From assembly GCA_964423885.1 (NCBI GenBank), contig CAYRGD010000001.1:24156-88155 (forward strand): a stretch of DNA of 64,000 nucleotides. Direction: 5' to 3'. The stretch comes from an uncultured Candidatus Saccharibacteria bacterium. GTDB taxonomy: Bacteria; Patescibacteriota; UBA1384; JACPKC01. Every line of letters starts with the position of its first letter. Position 1 is the first letter of the stretch. The translations under genes were made by a program, and so were the position numbers. Shown here one piece after another: positions 1 to 9,959 of this stretch. The notes below the pieces were generated by a model. It was given only the letters and a program-made list of their open reading frames with translations. It was not told the DNA's origin and ran no database searches.

Positions 1-981
1 CGTTTCGACCAGTTCGAGCGTTGCCAGCAGCGCGGCGCAGGGGCCTAGGCTGAAGCTCGTTGTGCTGGCATGGAACGGCCCCAACCATTCTTGCGTCCGC
101 TCCTGTGCCCGCAGTTTCATCTTGGCTTGCACCTCGTCGCTGTAGAGGCAGGCTGCGACCGGCAGTATGCCGCCGCCGGCTGCTTTACCGATCGTGACGA
201 TATCCGGTTGCAGGCCGGGATGGTGCTGGAACGCCCACATCGTGCCCGTCCGCCCGAACCCGGTCTGAATCTCGTCGATCACGAGCAGCGCCCCGGTTGC
301 CCGACACCGTTGCTGGATTGCCAAGAGGAAGTCGGTCGTGAGCGGCCAGATGCCGGCTTCCCCCTGGATAACCTCAACGAAGACGGCCGCGACGGTTGTG
401 TCGATCTTGTCTACCTCCGTGGCAGTATTCCTCGCGAGCTCGATCACGTTATGGTGGAGCACGCCCGTGAACGGTGCCCGGCGTTTTCCGGTACCGCAGA
501 GCATGAGCGCGCCGATGCTCTGCCCGTGGTACGCCCCTTGGATACGGGCGAACGCAGCCCGGCTCGTCGCGACTGCGGCGTACTTGATGGCGGCGTCGAC
601 CGCCATCGTGCCTTCCGAGCAGAGAAAGCAGTGTTGCATGCCTGGAACCGCCTCGACGATCCGTTGGGCGCAATCGCCCATCAGCCGGTTCGGGAGTACC
701 CGCGAGCCCATGGCGAGCGTGCGCAACTGATCGATGACTTTCTTGACTATGAGCTTGTTGCGCCTCCCTACGTTGAACAGCCCGTACCCGCCGCAGGCAT
801 CAAGGAGCGTACCGTCGCCCGCAGTGCGGATATAGGATCCCCAGCCACCGGTTTCCAGGCGGCCCTGGCTTGTTAGCTCGATCACCCGCGCAAGTGTCGG
901 GTCGGTGTAGCGTTTCGCACGTGCGCAGGCGGCCCGGAAGGCCTCCCGTGCATCGTTTTCATCAGAATGTTCCGTTGCCAT
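1..981 (-). CDS. Class-III PLP-dependent aminotransferase (ArgD/GabT-like); C-terminus runs off window start
   Basis: Reverse-strand translation of 241-300 gives LLVIDEIQTGFGRTGT, the class-III aminotransferase signature. A start ATG (complement of 979-981) gives MATEHSDENDAREAF. Missing from the ORF track because it is truncated by the window edge; the + ORF 70-876 is its antisense shadow. Confidence 0.8.
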   Translation of the reverse strand, partial: MATEHSDENDAREAFRAACARAKRYTDPTLARVIELTSQGRLETGGWGSYIRTAGDGTLLDACGGYGLFNVGRRNKLIVKKVIDQLRTLAMGSRVLPNRLMGDCAQRIVEAVPGMQHCFLCSEGTMAVDAAIKYAAVATSRAAFARIQGAYHGQSIGALMLCGTGKRRAPFTGVLHHNVIELARNTATEVDKIDTTVAAVFVEVIQGEAGIWPLTTDFLLAIQQRCRATGALLVIDEIQTGFGRTGTMWAFQHHPGLQPDIVTIGKAAGGGILPVAACLYSDEVQAKMKLRAQERTQEWLGPFHASTTSFSLGPCAALLATLELVET

Positions 982-1093
982 CTTGTAAAAAGCCCCTTCA
1001 TTCGATTCCTGCCCGTTCGGGCGACGATCAGTACACCACAAGGGCAATGACCCTGCTAGTGGTTTCGGTACGCCGAACCGGTATACTGCATCT

Positions 1094-2458
1094 ATGTTGC
1101 CCGACTACTTGCGCGGCGCGCGGATTGGGATACTGGGGTTCGGCGTCAACCACCAGTCGCTGGTGCGTTGGCTCGTCGCCCAGGGCGCCGACGACATCGT
1201 GGTGTACGACGAGTCCGAATCGACCGGCGACCGGCTCGACGAACAGGGTTTGTCGGTGGAGCGGGTGCTCGGCCCCGGCGCGTTCGACGACATCGACGCC
1301 GAGATCGTGTTCCGCAGTCCCGGCATTCCGCCCGACCGGGCCGAGCTCACGGCCGCTGCCGCTCGCGGCGTGCGGATTACTTCGCAGACGAGCTTGTTCC
1401 TCGAACTCTGTCCGGCCAACGTGATCGGTGTCACGGGTACGAAAGGGAAAAGCACGACCAGCAGCTTGATCGCCGCCATGCTCGCGCAGGGGATTGCCGA
1501 CGGCCAGGTCTACCTGGCGGGGAATATCGGCAAGGACCCGTTCGACTTCCTCGACACGCTTATCCCGAACGATTGGGTCGTGCTCGAGCTGTCGAGTTTC
1601 CAGCTGGCCGACTTGGAACGGAGCCCGCACATCGCGGTCGTGCTCGGGATCGCGTCCGACCACCTGGAATACCACAAGGAACAGTCGGCCTACGTGGCCG
1701 CCAAGGCGAATATCGTGGCGCACCAGACTCCTGCCGACTACGCAGTGCTCAACCTGGAAGATACGGCGAGCTTTGCGTTCGCGCTCGAGACGCGCGCCCA
1801 AATCCGCTACTACGCGGCCAACGCGCCGGTCGACCAAGGGGTGTGCGTCGCGGGCGACACGTTCGTGTGGCGGACTGCCCAGGGAGACGAAACCGTGGCA
1901 ACGGTCGGCGACCTGCGATTACGGGGCTGGCATAACGTAAGCAACGCGGCCGCTGCCATCGCCGCCGCGGCACTGGCCGGCTGCAGCGTCGAGGCTATCG
2001 TTGCCGGCTTGCGCGGGTTCGCCGGCTTGCCCCACCGGCTCGAACTTGTCCATGACGCCGCCGGCGTCGCCTGGTACGACGACTCGATCGCGACCAACCC
2101 GAGCGCTGCCGAAGCGGCGATCCGCAGCTTCCTCGAACCCGTGATCCTTATCGCCGGCGGTTCCGACAAAGGGCTCGACTACGCCGGGTTCGGCGGCATC
2201 ATCGCCGCCACGGGCGTGAAGCGGCTGATCGTCATCGGGCAGACCGGCCCCGTGATCGCCGAGCAGGCCGAGTACCACGACTATCCGGCCGACCGGATCG
2301 TGGTGGCGGGCACGCTCGACGCAGCCGTCGCTGCCGCCAGGTCGGCTGCCATGGCGGGCGACGTTGTCCTGCTGTCGCCGGCCAGCGCCTCGTTCGACCA
2401 GTTTCCTAACTACAAGGTGCGGGGCGAACAGTTCGCCGCGCTTGCGAAGGCGGCGTAG
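1094..2458 (+). CDS. murD: UDP-N-acetylmuramoylalanine--D-glutamate ligase
   Basis: N-terminal GxGxxG Rossmann motif (IGILGFGVNHQS), Mur ligase P-loop VIGVTGTKGKSTTSSLI, position upstream of ftsW-murG. TATACT at 1082-1087 lies 6 nt before the ATG (leaderless?). Confidence 0.9.
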   Translation: MLPDYLRGARIGILGFGVNHQSLVRWLVAQGADDIVVYDESESTGDRLDEQGLSVERVLGPGAFDDIDAEIVFRSPGIPPDRAELTAAAARGVRITSQTSLFLELCPANVIGVTGTKGKSTTSSLIAAMLAQGIADGQVYLAGNIGKDPFDFLDTLIPNDWVVLELSSFQLADLERSPHIAVVLGIASDHLEYHKEQSAYVAAKANIVAHQTPADYAVLNLEDTASFAFALETRAQIRYYAANAPVDQGVCVAGDTFVWRTAQGDETVATVGDLRLRGWHNVSNAAAAIAAAALAGCSVEAIVAGLRGFAGLPHRLELVHDAAGVAWYDDSIATNPSAAEAAIRSFLEPVILIAGGSDKGLDYAGFGGIIAATGVKRLIVIGQTGPVIAEQAEYHDYPADRIVVAGTLDAAVAAARSAAMAGDVVLLSPASASFDQFPNYKVRGEQFAALAKAA

Positions 2459-2460
2459 CG

Positions 2461-3594
2461 ATGGCGCTCCACCGCTACCGGTCGCGGCCGACGGGCCGCA
2501 TCGATGCCTGGCTGCTGCTGGCAGTGCTGGCACTTATCGGGTTCGGGCTGGTGATGATCTCGTCATCGTCGGTCGTGGTCGCGTCGCAGCAGTTCGGCAA
2601 CAACTACGCGTTCGTGATCCGGCAGGCCGGCCACGTCGGCATCGGCCTCGTCTTCATGGCGGTGTTGGCGCTCATCGACTACCGGTTCTGGCAGCGGATC
2701 GCGCCCGCGCTCCTTGTAACGATCTTCGTGCTGCTCATCGCCACCAGGATTCCCGGCATCGGCGCGGCGTACAAGGGAGCGCGCCGCTGGATCGAGATCG
2801 GTCCGATCTCGTTCCAAACGACCGAGGTGATCAAGCTCTGTTCGATCCTGTACGTGAGTGCCTGGCTGGCGCGGCGCGGCGAGCGGCTCCGGAGCCTGGC
2901 GCAGGGGTTTGCGCCGTTCGTCATTCTGCTCGGTTCGATCCTGCTCCTTATCCTGTTGCAGCCTGACGCCGGCACCGCCATGGTGACATTGGGTTCGCTC
3001 GTGAGTATTTACGTGGTGGCCGGTGCGCCGCTCCTGCACCTGCTCTTCGGCGGCGCCCTTGGCGGTACCCTGCTCGGCCTTATCATTCTGGCCGAGCCGT
3101 ACCGGCTTGAACGGTTCACCACGTTCCTCGATCCCGACAAGGCCATGCTTGGCGCCGGGTACCACATCAACCAGGCCTTGCTTGCGGTCGGCGCCGGCGG
3201 CCTGTGGGGGCTGGGTTTCGGCCAGAGCAAGCAGAAGTTTTTGTACCTGCCCGAACCGCAGACCGACTCGATCTTCGCGATCACGATGGAAGAGCTGGGC
3301 TTCCTCCGGTCGCTCCTGGTGCTCGGTCTTATCCTGTTCGTTGTGTTTCGCGGCTACCGGATCGCCCGGTCAGCCACCGACCCGTTCGGCCGCTACGTGG
3401 CCACCGGGATTACCAGCCTGATCGCGTTCCAGTCGTTCGTGAACATCGGCGCCATGCTCGGCCTGCTGCCGCTCACTGGCGTCACGCTGCCGTTCGTGAG
3501 CTACGGCGGCTCGTCGCTTATCGGGCTCATGGCCGGCATCGGCGTCCTCTTGAACGTCTCCCGGACCGGCACTGTGCGGGGGAGCAGCACATGA
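2461..3594 (+). CDS. ftsW: SEDS-family cell division protein FtsW
   Basis: Polytopic membrane protein of the FtsW/RodA family (GLGFGQSKQKFLYLPEPQTDSIFA, PFVSYGGSSL) sitting between murD and murG. Confidence 0.9.
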   Translation: MALHRYRSRPTGRIDAWLLLAVLALIGFGLVMISSSSVVVASQQFGNNYAFVIRQAGHVGIGLVFMAVLALIDYRFWQRIAPALLVTIFVLLIATRIPGIGAAYKGARRWIEIGPISFQTTEVIKLCSILYVSAWLARRGERLRSLAQGFAPFVILLGSILLLILLQPDAGTAMVTLGSLVSIYVVAGAPLLHLLFGGALGGTLLGLIILAEPYRLERFTTFLDPDKAMLGAGYHINQALLAVGAGGLWGLGFGQSKQKFLYLPEPQTDSIFAITMEELGFLRSLLVLGLILFVVFRGYRIARSATDPFGRYVATGITSLIAFQSFVNIGAMLGLLPLTGVTLPFVSYGGSSLIGLMAGIGVLLNVSRTGTVRGSST

Positions 3595-4694
3595 CGGCGC
3601 CCGCGTTCACGGCCGTAGTCGCCGGCGGCGGCACCGCGGGCCACGTCTATCCGACACTCGCCGTAGTTCGGGAGCTCCAGGCACTGAACCCTGGGATCGA
3701 GATCGCGTACATCGGACAGCTGGGCGGGCCCGAGACCGAGATCGTCCAGGCGGCCGACCTTGGTCGTCCCATCGAGTTCGTCGGCATTACGGCGGAAAAG
3801 CTGCGCCGCTACTGGAGCGTACGCAGCTTGCTCTTGCCGATCGCGCTCCTGCGCGGGATCGGTGAGTCGATGCAGGCGCTCCGCCGGCTGCGCCCTGCGG
3901 TCGTGTTCTGCAAGGGCGGATACGTCTGCATCCCGGTCGCCGTGGCCGCCTGGTGGCTGCGCATCCCGATCGTGCTCCACGAAACCGACGCCAGCATGGG
4001 CCTGGCCAACCGTATGATCGCCCCGTTCGCCCGCCGCATCGCCGTCAGCTTTCCGCGCCCGACCTTTTTGACTGCCCGGACCGACCGCAAGATCGTGTTT
4101 ACCGGCCAGCCGGTACGGGCCGAGTTCTTCGCGTCCGCGCCAGCGTCCAAGAAAGACGACCGTCCGACGGTCATGGTCACGGGCAGCATGCAGGGCGCGC
4201 ACGCGGTCAACGCGCTCGTGGGCGAAATCCTGCCGCGGCTGCTCGAGCGTTACCGGGTGATCCACATCACCGGCCCCAATGATTTCGACATGATGCGGGG
4301 CATGAGCCGCAGCCAGTACTACGAACCGGTGCCCTATACCACGAAGATCCGCGGCCTGTTAGTCGAGGCCGACCTGATCGTTTCCCGTGCCGGCGGCACG
4401 ATTTTCGAGCTGGCGGCGCTCGGCAAGCCGAGCATCCTTATCCCGTTGCCGACGGCGGCCAACGACCACCAACGCGAGAACGCCGCGATGTTTGCCGAAC
4501 AGGACGCCGCGGTCGTACTCGAACAGACCTCGCTCACCGCCGACCGGCTGCTCGCCGAGATCACCGGCCTTATCCGTGATTCCGCGCGCCGCGCGGCATT
4601 AAGCACCAACATCAAGCGGTTCGCGCGGATCGACGCTGCGGCCCATATTGCCCGCCTGCTCGCCGACGAGGCGGAGCGGAAGGCGGCCGCATGA
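3591..4694 (+). CDS. murG: UDP-GlcNAc:undecaprenyl-PP-MurNAc-pentapeptide GlcNAc transferase MurG
   Basis: Start ATG at 3591 overlaps the ftsW stop (ATGA). N-term AGGGTAGHVYP and C-term GGTIFELAALGKPSILIP match MurG. Track ORF 3204-4694 is an in-frame upstream extension. Confidence 0.9.
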   Translation: MTAPAFTAVVAGGGTAGHVYPTLAVVRELQALNPGIEIAYIGQLGGPETEIVQAADLGRPIEFVGITAEKLRRYWSVRSLLLPIALLRGIGESMQALRRLRPAVVFCKGGYVCIPVAVAAWWLRIPIVLHETDASMGLANRMIAPFARRIAVSFPRPTFLTARTDRKIVFTGQPVRAEFFASAPASKKDDRPTVMVTGSMQGAHAVNALVGEILPRLLERYRVIHITGPNDFDMMRGMSRSQYYEPVPYTTKIRGLLVEADLIVSRAGGTIFELAALGKPSILIPLPTAANDHQRENAAMFAEQDAAVVLEQTSLTADRLLAEITGLIRDSARRAALSTNIKRFARIDAAAHIARLLADEAERKAAA

Positions 4695-5962
4695 GATACC
4701 ACTTCGTGGGGATTAGCGGTTCGGGAATGCGCGGCCTGGCCGATATCGTCCGGTTACAGGGTAACGAGGTGGCCGGGTCGGATCTCGGCACGACCGGCCA
4801 CGCGGCAGGAAATATCCAGGGAGCGGACTGCGTCGTCTACTCTCCGGCCGTCCGTGAAGGGTCTCCGGGCTGGGTCGAGGTGGTGGCGGCCCGGAAGCAG
4901 GGGATCGAGACGGTCCGGGTGGACGAACTGCTTGAACGACTGACCGGGCATGCGGCGACACTCATTGCCATTGCCGGGACGCACGGCAAATCGACCACGA
5001 CCGCGATGATCGGGCAGATTCTCGAAGCAGCCGACGCCGACCCCACCGTCTACATCGGTGCGCCGGTACTGGCCTGGGACGGACGCAGCTACCGCGCCGG
5101 CGACCCGTCAGTCTGGGTGGTGGAGGCCGACGAGTACGAGCGGAAGTTCCTGCGCCTGGCTCCGACCGTAGCCGTGATCACCAACATCGAGTTCGAGCAT
5201 CCGGACATCTACGCGGACCTGGCTGACGTCGAAGCGGCCTTCGTCGCCTTTATCCGAGCGATCCGACCGGGTGGCACGCTGGTCGCCTGCGCGGAATCCG
5301 ACATCCTCGACCGGGTCATCGCGGTGGCCGGCCGCACCGATATCACGGTCGTGCGCTACGGTGACGGTGCCGACCCCTATCGTCCGGATATCCTGCCGCC
5401 GCTTGCGGTTATCGGCCGCCACAATATCCTGAACGCCTTGGCGGCGCTGGCGGCGGCTGAGGCAGCGGGTGTCCCGAGCGACACGGCGCTCCGGTCGCTC
5501 GCCGCGTTCCGGGGAGCGGGCCGTCGGCTCGAACGGGTCGGTGAGCGGCACGGCGTGACCGTGATCGACGACTACGGCCACCATCCCACCGAACTCGCGG
5601 TCTCGATCGGCGCGGTCCGCGCGGCGTTTCCTGGCCGGCGCCTGGTCGTGGCGTTCCAGCCGCACCAGCATGCCCGCCTGCAGGCGCTTTTCGACGACTT
5701 CGCACGGTCGTTCGCTGATGCCGATCTTACGCTCATCACGGACGTGTACGCAGTGCCGGGCCGGGACGAAGCCGTGCGGGTCGATCCCCGGACGCTTGCC
5801 GATGCGGTCGTGGCCCAGGGGATTGACTGCCGGTTCGTCGGCAGCCTCGACGACCTGCGCCGCTCGCTCGATACGCTGCTCGTGCCCGGCGATGTGTTCC
5901 TTACTATCGGCGCGACCGCAATCACGACGGTCGGGCGGGACTGGGTAGCGGCGGGGCAATGA
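4691..5962 (+). CDS. murC: UDP-N-acetylmuramate--L-alanine ligase
   Basis: HFVGISGSGMRGLA N-term and IAIAGTHGKSTTTAMI P-loop; ATGA overlap with murG. Confidence 0.9.
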   Translation: MRYHFVGISGSGMRGLADIVRLQGNEVAGSDLGTTGHAAGNIQGADCVVYSPAVREGSPGWVEVVAARKQGIETVRVDELLERLTGHAATLIAIAGTHGKSTTTAMIGQILEAADADPTVYIGAPVLAWDGRSYRAGDPSVWVVEADEYERKFLRLAPTVAVITNIEFEHPDIYADLADVEAAFVAFIRAIRPGGTLVACAESDILDRVIAVAGRTDITVVRYGDGADPYRPDILPPLAVIGRHNILNALAALAAAEAAGVPSDTALRSLAAFRGAGRRLERVGERHGVTVIDDYGHHPTELAVSIGAVRAAFPGRRLVVAFQPHQHARLQALFDDFARSFADADLTLITDVYAVPGRDEAVRVDPRTLADAVVAQGIDCRFVGSLDDLRRSLDTLLVPGDVFLTIGATAITTVGRDWVAAGQ

Positions 5963-6810
5963 GCGGGCGGCGGTTCGTACGGGGGGCGACCACCCTCAAA
6001 ACCCAACCGATCTACGCGCCGCGCAGCAGCGCCGGCCGGATCCATGGCAATCCCCGCATCCTTCGGCCGACCGCTGCCAACCGTATCCCGCCGCGTCGGA
6101 TTACGGTTCCGAAGGGTGTCTGGATCGGTCTCGGGTGTGCCGTGGTAGCCACCGCACTCGGTTGGTTCCTGTTCGGTTCGCGGTTCTTCCGCGTCGACAA
6201 GATCGAGGTCGTCGGGTCGGTCACCGACGCGGTCCGGGCCGACATCGATGCCCTCTCCGGGGTCAACGTGCTGACCTATTCCACGGGCGGGATCGAGAGC
6301 CGGCTTACCAAGGCGCAGCCGTCGATCGGGACGCTGCTTATCTCGAAAGGCCTGCCGCGCACCCTGCGCGTCGAGGTGACGCTCCGCGTGCCGGTGCTGG
6401 CGTGGCAGAGTGGCGACGAGCGTGACCTTGTCGACGCGGACGGCACCGTATTCCGCGACGTCGACGGTCCGTCCGGCACTGCCGCTGCCGGCCTGCCGCT
6501 GGTCGTCGATACGGCCCGTCAGCCGGTGACCCAAGGCAGTGCGCTCGTGAGCCGCCAGTTCGTCATGTTCCTCCGCGCTGCTGACGACACGTTCCGCTCG
6601 AAGTTTCCCGTCGCAGTCGACCGCTACGAGCTCGGCCAGTCGAGCTTCGAGGTCGCGCTCGTGACCGCCGAGGGTTGGCGGGCGCTGCTCGATACCACCC
6701 GTGAACCCGGTCCGCAGCTGGCCGGCCTGCAACAGGTGTTCGAACGGTTCCACGGCGATATCCACGAGTACGTCGACCTGCGTGTTCCCGGCCGCGCGTA
6801 CTTCAAGTAG
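5959..6810 (+). CDS. ftsQ: Cell division protein FtsQ/DivIB (POTRA)
   Basis: Single N-terminal TM, then a POTRA-like FFRVDKIEVVGS stretch; position after murC; ATGA overlap. Confidence 0.75.
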   Translation: MSGRRFVRGATTLKTQPIYAPRSSAGRIHGNPRILRPTAANRIPPRRITVPKGVWIGLGCAVVATALGWFLFGSRFFRVDKIEVVGSVTDAVRADIDALSGVNVLTYSTGGIESRLTKAQPSIGTLLISKGLPRTLRVEVTLRVPVLAWQSGDERDLVDADGTVFRDVDGPSGTAAAGLPLVVDTARQPVTQGSALVSRQFVMFLRAADDTFRSKFPVAVDRYELGQSSFEVALVTAEGWRALLDTTREPGPQLAGLQQVFERFHGDIHEYVDLRVPGRAYFK

Positions 6811-6819
6811 GATGCTCGT

Positions 6820-7560
6820 ATGAGCACGCCGGCCAGCCTGCGTCCGACCGAAGAGGTGATCGAGGAGTTCGGGCTGTCGCCCAAGTTCAGTTACTTGCTG
6901 GGTGCGGCAGGAGCCGTCGTGTTCGCGGTCGTGCTCTGGTTCCGTGTCATCCATCCCGGCCCGGCATCAGCCCTTGCTGCTGCGCTCGGCCCGGCCGGGC
7001 CGATGCTGCTTACCGCAGCCACCCTGCTTGTACTGCTTACCGGCCTGTACCTGGTCGGCTTAGCAGTGTTCTTCCGCTTCGCGTACCGGTATTACCTTAC
7101 GACCGAACGGGTGATCCAGTCCGACGGCGTGTTTTCCCAGCATATCGTGAGCGCCGAATACAAGGCGATCAGCGATATCACCGTCCGCCAGGACGCGATC
7201 AGCCACCTATTCCTGGGTACCGGTACGCTCGCGATCAACACCGTCGGCGGCGTGCCCGAAGACGTCGTGCTTATGAACATCGACAATCCGGTTGCGCGGC
7301 GTGAGCAGCTCCGCGGCCTGGCCGCTGCCGCCCATGGCGGCCGACGGGTGACGCGGAGCCTGCTCAATGAGCTCGAGCGGCAGACCGGCATGGAACCGGC
7401 CGGAACCGCACTGTCACCGGTCGCCGGGCAGCCGTTGCCTCCGGTGCCGCCAACGCCTCCAGCCGCCTCGGTTGACGAGGACATCGACGACCTCCACGAC
7501 GACGGGATCGACGATTCCGACCGCCTGCGTGCCGCGCAACGGCAACTGCCCGACCAGTAG
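6820..7560 (+). CDS. Membrane protein with bacterial PH (bPH_2/YdbS-like) domain
   Basis: Two N-terminal TM helices followed by YYLTTERVIQSDGVFSQHIVSAEYKAISDITVRQDAISHLFLGTGTLAINTVGG, typical of membrane-flanked bPH_2 domains. Acidic C-terminal tail. Confidence 0.6.
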   Translation: MSTPASLRPTEEVIEEFGLSPKFSYLLGAAGAVVFAVVLWFRVIHPGPASALAAALGPAGPMLLTAATLLVLLTGLYLVGLAVFFRFAYRYYLTTERVIQSDGVFSQHIVSAEYKAISDITVRQDAISHLFLGTGTLAINTVGGVPEDVVLMNIDNPVARREQLRGLAAAAHGGRRVTRSLLNELERQTGMEPAGTALSPVAGQPLPPVPPTPPAASVDEDIDDLHDDGIDDSDRLRAAQRQLPDQ

Positions 7561-7594
7561 GCAGCACGCTTGCGCGGTGTGCTAGACTGCGCCC

Positions 7595-9295
7595 ATGGGG
7601 AACACCGGACTCACCGCGCGGCGTTGGGCAATCACGCCGCGGACGCACCAGGATATCGCCGCGCAGCTGCTCGCCAACCGGAACATCGGTGACGCCGAGC
7701 GGTTTTTTCATCCCGACTATGACCGCGACAGCCATGACCCGCACCTGCTGCCGGGCATGGCGGCGGCGCTCGACCGGATCACGCGGGCGATCGCCGAGCG
7801 TGAGGCGATCTGCGTGTTCGGCGACTACGACGCCGACGGCATTCCCGGTACCGCCGTACTCATGAAAACCCTGCGGGCTAACGGCGCCACCGTCCGGCCG
7901 TACATTCCTGACCGTGAACGCGAAGGGTACGGCCTCAACCGCACGGCGATCGATACGCTCGCCGCGGAAGGGATCAAGCTCATTATTACCGTGGACCTGG
8001 GCATCACTGGGGCGCCCGAGGTGGCGCAGGCCGCCAGGCTCGGCGTCGATGTGATTATCACCGACCACCACCATGTCGACCCGTCGCGCGTACCCACCGA
8101 TGCGGTCGCGGTCGTCCACCCGGCGCTGCCAGGCTCGGAATACCCGTTCAAGGGCCTGGCCGGCGGCGGCGTATCATGGAAGCTTTGCCAGGCACTGGCC
8201 GCGCATACCGGCACGCCGACGCCGGGCCAACTTAAGTGGTGGCTCGAGCTGCCCGCGATCAGCACGGTGTGCGATATGGTGCCATTGGTCGACGAAAACC
8301 GGATGATCGTCCATTTCGGGCTCAAGGTACTCATGCAGACGCGCAACGCCGGCCTTCAAGCGATGTACCGCGCAGGCGGGATCGCCAACGACGCATTGAC
8401 CGAACGGACGATCGGCTACCATATCGGGCCGCGGATCAACGCGCCGGGGCGGATGGACAGCGCCGCCGTCGCGCTCGACCTATTGCTGGCCGACGACCCG
8501 GCCCGCGCCCACGACGTGGCGGCGGCGGCCGAACAGCACAACCGTGAGCGGCAGGAACAGCTCGACGGCGTGGTCAAAGCCACGTGCAGCCGGATCGAGG
8601 CCGAAGGGCTCCATGAACGCCCCGCGATCGTCCTAGCCGGTGACGGCTGGCCGGCCGGAGTAGTCGGGCTTGCCGCCTCGCGCGTGGTCGAGCGGTTCCA
8701 CCGTCCGGCAATCATCCTGGGTATCCACGACGGCGTCGCCAAGGGATCGGGCAGGAGCATCAAAGGCTTCAACCTGCTGGCCGGCATCGACGCCAACAAA
8801 GACCTGCTCTTGACCCACGGCGGGCACGAGATGGCGGCCGGCCTCCAGTTGCGGGCCGAGCAGGTACCCGCGTTCGCCGAACGCTTCACCGCCTTCGCGG
8901 CCGAGCGTTTGACCGACGAAGACTTCATCCCCACGAAAACCGCCGACATGCTGCTTGAGCCGGCCGCGATCACGCCGGAGCTGGCAGCGACGCTCGCACA
9001 GTTCGCGCCGTTCGGGGTAGGCAACCCGAAGCCGCGGTTCGTGGTGGCGCCGCTCACGGTCGCCGAGGTGCGCCAAGTAGGCGCCGCCAAGCAACACTTG
9101 AAACTCACGTTCGCAGGCGGCCTCGACGGGATCGCGTTCGGGATGGGCGGTCGGGCCCAAGAGTGCGCCCCGGGCAGCGAGCTTGCGGTATTGGGATCGG
9201 TCGAAACGAACGTCTGGAACGGCCACGAACGCCTGCAGCTCCTCATTGACGACCTGAAGCCGCGTTCCCAATTCGCCGCCGAACAGGTAGGATAA
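7595..9295 (+). CDS. recJ: Single-stranded-DNA-specific exonuclease RecJ
   Basis: DHH motifs (VFGDYDADGIPG, IITDHHH) and a DHHA1-like GGHEMAAG. TAGACT lies 6 nt upstream of the ATG. Confidence 0.85.
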   Translation: MGNTGLTARRWAITPRTHQDIAAQLLANRNIGDAERFFHPDYDRDSHDPHLLPGMAAALDRITRAIAEREAICVFGDYDADGIPGTAVLMKTLRANGATVRPYIPDREREGYGLNRTAIDTLAAEGIKLIITVDLGITGAPEVAQAARLGVDVIITDHHHVDPSRVPTDAVAVVHPALPGSEYPFKGLAGGGVSWKLCQALAAHTGTPTPGQLKWWLELPAISTVCDMVPLVDENRMIVHFGLKVLMQTRNAGLQAMYRAGGIANDALTERTIGYHIGPRINAPGRMDSAAVALDLLLADDPARAHDVAAAAEQHNRERQEQLDGVVKATCSRIEAEGLHERPAIVLAGDGWPAGVVGLAASRVVERFHRPAIILGIHDGVAKGSGRSIKGFNLLAGIDANKDLLLTHGGHEMAAGLQLRAEQVPAFAERFTAFAAERLTDEDFIPTKTADMLLEPAAITPELAATLAQFAPFGVGNPKPRFVVAPLTVAEVRQVGAAKQHLKLTFAGGLDGIAFGMGGRAQECAPGSELAVLGSVETNVWNGHERLQLLIDDLKPRSQFAAEQVG

Positions 9296-9319
9296 GCCCA
9301 TACATCCGAAAGGAGCCGT

Positions 9320-9928
9320 ATGGCCTACCAATTGCCCGCATTGCCCTACGCGTACGACGCGCTCGAGCCGGTGATCGACGCGCGCACCATGGAGCTCCAC
9401 CACACAAAGCACCACCAGGCGTATATCGATAAGCTCAATGCCGCGCTCGTGGGGCACGACGACCTGGCGGCCAAGCCGATCGACGAGCTGCTCCGCGGGA
9501 TCGCGGCCGTACCCGACGACATCCGCACGGCGGTCAAGAACCACGGCGGCGGCCACGCCAACCACTCGTTGTTTTGGGAACTCATGATGCCGACCGGGCA
9601 AGGCGGCGAACCGTCGGCCGAGCTTGCCGACGCGCTCACGGCATCCTTCGGTGGCGTCGACGACTTTAAAACCAAGTTCAGCGAGCTGGCTACCGGTATC
9701 TTCGGTTCCGGCTGGGCTTGGCTAGTCAAAGACGCCGACGGCAACCTGGCCATGTATGCCAAGCCGTTGCAAGACAGCCCGTACATGGATAACCACGCGC
9801 CGCTCATCGGGCTCGACGTGTGGGAGCACGCCTACTACTTGCAGTACCAAAACCGCCGCAAAGAGTACGTCGATGCCTGGTGGCAGCTGGTCAACTGGCA
9901 GCACGTGAACGACGCGTTTCTGCGGTAA
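9320..9928 (+). CDS. sodA: Fe/Mn superoxide dismutase
   Basis: LPALPYAYDALEP, HHTKHHQAYI and DVWEHAYYLQYQNRR signatures; AAAGGAG ribosome-binding site upstream. Confidence 0.95.
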   Translation: MAYQLPALPYAYDALEPVIDARTMELHHTKHHQAYIDKLNAALVGHDDLAAKPIDELLRGIAAVPDDIRTAVKNHGGGHANHSLFWELMMPTGQGGEPSAELADALTASFGGVDDFKTKFSELATGIFGSGWAWLVKDADGNLAMYAKPLQDSPYMDNHAPLIGLDVWEHAYYLQYQNRRKEYVDAWWQLVNWQHVNDAFLR

Positions 9929-9959
9929 CTACTGGATACCGGAACAGGAGGGACGAGCG

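Noticed and set aside
70-876. 268-aa + strand ORF at the window start
   Set aside because: It is the antisense shadow of a clear class-III aminotransferase on the - strand (the LLVIDEIQTGFGRTGT motif reads from the reverse complement), and it has no motifs of its own.
1028-2533. Multiple 70-270-aa ORFs on both strands inside murD (e.g., 1028-1837 -, 1168-1935 +, 1919-2533 -)
   Set aside because: High-GC open frames are Arg/Pro/Gly-rich with no motifs, and they fully overlap a confidently identified gene.
3204-3590. Upstream 129-codon extension of murG in the ORF track
   Set aside because: The canonical MurG N-terminus (MTAPAFTAVVAGGGTAGH) begins at the ATG at 3591, which overlaps the ftsW stop. 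The extension lies inside the ftsW coding sequence.
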